Source of the DNA: Lepidodermella squamata
Lineage: Eukaryota > Animalia > Gastrotricha
DNA: 64,000 bases
Direction: 5' to 3'
Assembly (NCBI GenBank): GCA_047495785.1
Contig: JBLDXI010000032.1
Span: 4,439,782-4,503,781, forward strand
Part shown: positions 61,541 to 64,000 of the stretch, piece after piece
Layout: each line of letters starts with the position of its first letter
Position numbering within the stretch: the stretch's first letter is position 1
Notes under the pieces: model-generated
Told to the model about the DNA's origin: nothing
The model's database searches: none
What the model saw: only the letters and a program-made list of their open reading frames with translations
Made by a program: the position numbers and the translations under genes

Positions 61541-63983
61541 TCTGGTAATTCTCTCCTAACTAACCCTAACATTTGAGCTCGAGTCATGAGTACGGTGCAA
61601 ACGAGCGGCCTTGCCTACTTTCAATGAAACGTATGGGTCCTCCCTTCTGCTGCAAGTTTATTTCCTGACAGGCACACATTCTGAGCCCTAAATTTAGTTA
61701 GTGGCATTCTCATGTTTAAATCGTATGAACTTCTACTAGTTCCTTTGTTGCATCGCCTACTCCATCGCTTCGAATGAACACGTTTCTCAGGAATCTTAGA
61801 CTCGGAACGTGATCAGGGATCCCCGTTGGACGTAAAAGATCAACGATAGCTAGCTTAGAACATACTTTCTCGGATCTAGTCCGGTGACTTGCCGTCGGAA
61901 GAATTATTGTTTTGCTATTAGTGGTCAAAACGATTAATCAGTGTCAGCATGTTCTTAACTGCTGACGTGGAAATGCAGCGTTGTGATAATCAACTCCGCG
62001 GAGAGTGATTTAGTAATCGGTCAACAACAAGGGAAATATCTGAAGACAATACAAGGGTGGAGAGATTCGCTGTTGGAATCGAACTGGTATCATCGTTGTA
62101 AAGCAAATAAACATTGCTGTTATTGTGCACGACACCGTGGAGAACTCTGAGTGAACTAGCCATTGATCTGATCTTATTTGATATTCACGCGAAAGGAAAC
62201 ATCGGATCGACATGTGAGAGTTTTTAGGGTTTCATCCCTAACTCTATCCCTATCCATATCCCCATCTCTAACCATATCTCTATCTCTATCTCTATCCCTA
62301 TCCCTATCTCTATCTCTATCTCTATAGCTATAAAATAGAGCAAGGTCAAAGTCCAAGGTCGAATTCTCGCGCCTTAATGCCACGTGGCGCTAGTAGAAAG
62401 GGAAAAAAATGGCGGTGCTACTTCTGTTATAAAAGCACACTAAAAACTGCATTGAAATCATTTATCCAGCTTTTATTTCTAGCAAAGAAAGCAACGAAAG
62501 TCACTGATGAGCCTGCTACCCACAGGCGAAACCGGTCTGACGTTTTTTTCGGGTTGTTGCTATTTGTCATTAATGATCACTGTTTACAGGTGTTTGCTTA
62601 TTATTTTCGATTAACCACATCGAGAGCCTTGCAAAGGCTGCTATTTGTATCTGCTTCCCTTCATGGGTGGCCTTTCCAGTCATGCTTCCCTATATGGGTT
62701 GCCATTTGTAATTTGCTTCCCTATAGGGGTGGCTTTTACAATGTTTAGTGAGTTGTAACCATCCACCTACCTACCAGAGATTTACGAGATGGTAATAAAA
62801 GAATTTACAATTGTGGCTCATTGAATGAAGCCAAAAGGGAAAGGATTGAACGCGTTGTTGAGGCATGAGACTTGATAAATCGAATCTTTATCACGACCTC
62901 ATCTCATCCCTACATCAGAAGTGTACCCTTTTGAGACGGTAATTGAGTTCTTGCTATTGAATAGCACAGTGTCATGTCAGAGGCGGTTAAAACCGTGAAT
63001 TTAACCTGCACCTCTATCTCCATCTCCATCTCTATCCCTATCCCTATCCCTATCCCTATCCTCGGATAGGGCTAAAGCTATTGAAATGCAGGCCTGGCTC
63101 TCTAGTAGCATTAGAGCTAACTGCCGGGGTGCTTAGGCTACCTGTCTGGTAATTCTCTCCTAACTAACCCTAACATTTGAGCTCGAGTCATGAGTACGGT
63201 GCAAACGAGCGGCCTTGCCTACTTTCAATGAAACGTATGGGTCCTCCCTTCTGCTGCAAGTTTATTTCCTGACAGGCACACATTCTGAGCCCTAAATTTA
63301 GTTAGTGGCATTCTCATGTTTAAATCGTATGAACTTCTACTAGTTCCTTTGTTGCATCGCCTACTCCATCGCTTCGAATGAACACGTTTCTCAGGAATCT
63401 TAGACTCGGAACGTGATCAGGGATCCCCGTTGGACGTAAAAGATCAACGATAGCTAGCTTAGAACATACTTTCTCGGATCTAGTCCGGTGACTTGCCGTC
63501 GGAAGAATTATTGTTTTGCTATTAGTGGTCAAAACGATTAATCAGTGTCAGCATGTTCTTAACTGCTGACGTGGAAATGCAGCGTTGTGATAATCAACTC
63601 CGCGGAGAGTGATTTAGTAATCGGTCAACAACAAGGGAAATATCTGAAGACAATACAAGGGTGGAGAGATTCGCTGTTGGAATCGAACTGGTATCATCGT
63701 TGTAAAGCAAATAAACATTGCTGTTATTGTGCACGACACCGTGGAGAACTCTGAGTGAACTAGCCATTGATCTGATCTTATTTGATATTCACGCGAAAGG
63801 AAACATCGGATCGACATGTGAGAGTTTTTAGGGTTTCATCCCTAACTCTATCCCTATCCATATCCCCATCTCTAACCATATCTCTATCTCTATCTCTATC
63901 CCTATCCCTATCTCTATCTCTATCTCTATAGCTATAAAATAGAGCAAGGTCAAAGTCCAAGGTCGAATTCTCGCGCCTTAATG
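61541..63983 (+). mobile_element. Inverted arm of the element B array (~1.5 units)
   Basis: Reverse complement of the array, starting at the TCTGGTA microhomology (61541-61547); 1-bp deletion near 62590; diverges into other sequence at 63984. Confidence 0.9.
62490..62561 (+). ncRNA. Hammerhead ribozyme B, copy 9 (inverted arm)
   Basis: GTCACTGATGAGCCTGCTACCCACAGGCGAAACCGGTCTGAC read directly on the + strand; predicted cleavage after 62537. Confidence 0.93.
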
Positions 63984-64000
63984 ACTCTCACGAGATGTGT

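Larger units (their letters stand above)
48305..61547 (-). mobile_element. Head-to-tail array of the 1605-bp hammerhead element B (8 complete units plus ~400 bp)
   Basis: Units begin GTTAGGGTTAGTTAGGAGAG at 48305, 49910, 51515, 53120, 54725, 56330, 57935, 59540, 61145; ORF track repeats exactly every 1605 bp; one hammerhead per full unit; no credible protein ORF. Confidence 0.9.

Noticed and set aside
48731-63960. Repeating 60-123 aa ORFs in the 1605-bp units, including the RDRDRD ORF
   Set aside because: Short and without recognisable domains; RD repeats are translated GATAGA/GATAGG microsatellite; the 123-aa version arises from a 1-bp deletion
46932-64000. Autonomous retroelement (RT or GIY-YIG ORF)
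   Set aside because: No long ORF or RT motif is present; any RT must be encoded elsewhere

Overview
Animal genomic DNA with compact GT-AG introns and TTAGGG telomeric repeats; the species cannot be identified from the window. There are three zones. (1) 1.5-25 kb: a tandem minus-strand cluster of ten genes for secreted low-complexity proteins. Six carry a shared non-repetitive core (AAGRYDHAASLLAASERTSAAAEQAAG, divergent in one) in Gly/Ala/Gln/Tyr-rich flanks, one is a (Gly-Val-Asn)n protein, and three are Arg/Gly/Asp-rich. An inverted pseudogene fragment lies within the cluster. (2) 28-46 kb: an unknown secreted or surface protein, a secreted Gln/Pro-rich protein, small foldback elements, and a complete T-type calcium channel (Cav3) with an atypical EDDD pore. 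(3) 46.8-64 kb: a telomere-like chain of (TTAGGG)14, a non-coding hammerhead-ribozyme element A, a 179-bp satellite x4, (TTAGGG)~11, then 8+ apparently identical 1605-bp units of a second hammerhead element B and an inverted arm of B. A and B are dissimilar in sequence but share a TATA - TGAAATCATT - type I hammerhead cassette pointing toward the telomeric tract, and the B array starts exactly at its own telomere-complementary motif. The best candidate for a novel system is a family of non-coding, telomere-targeted, ribozyme-bearing retroelements (retrozyme-like, probably mobilised in trans by an Athena/Penelope-like RT). Splice models and RNA folds were derived by eye.
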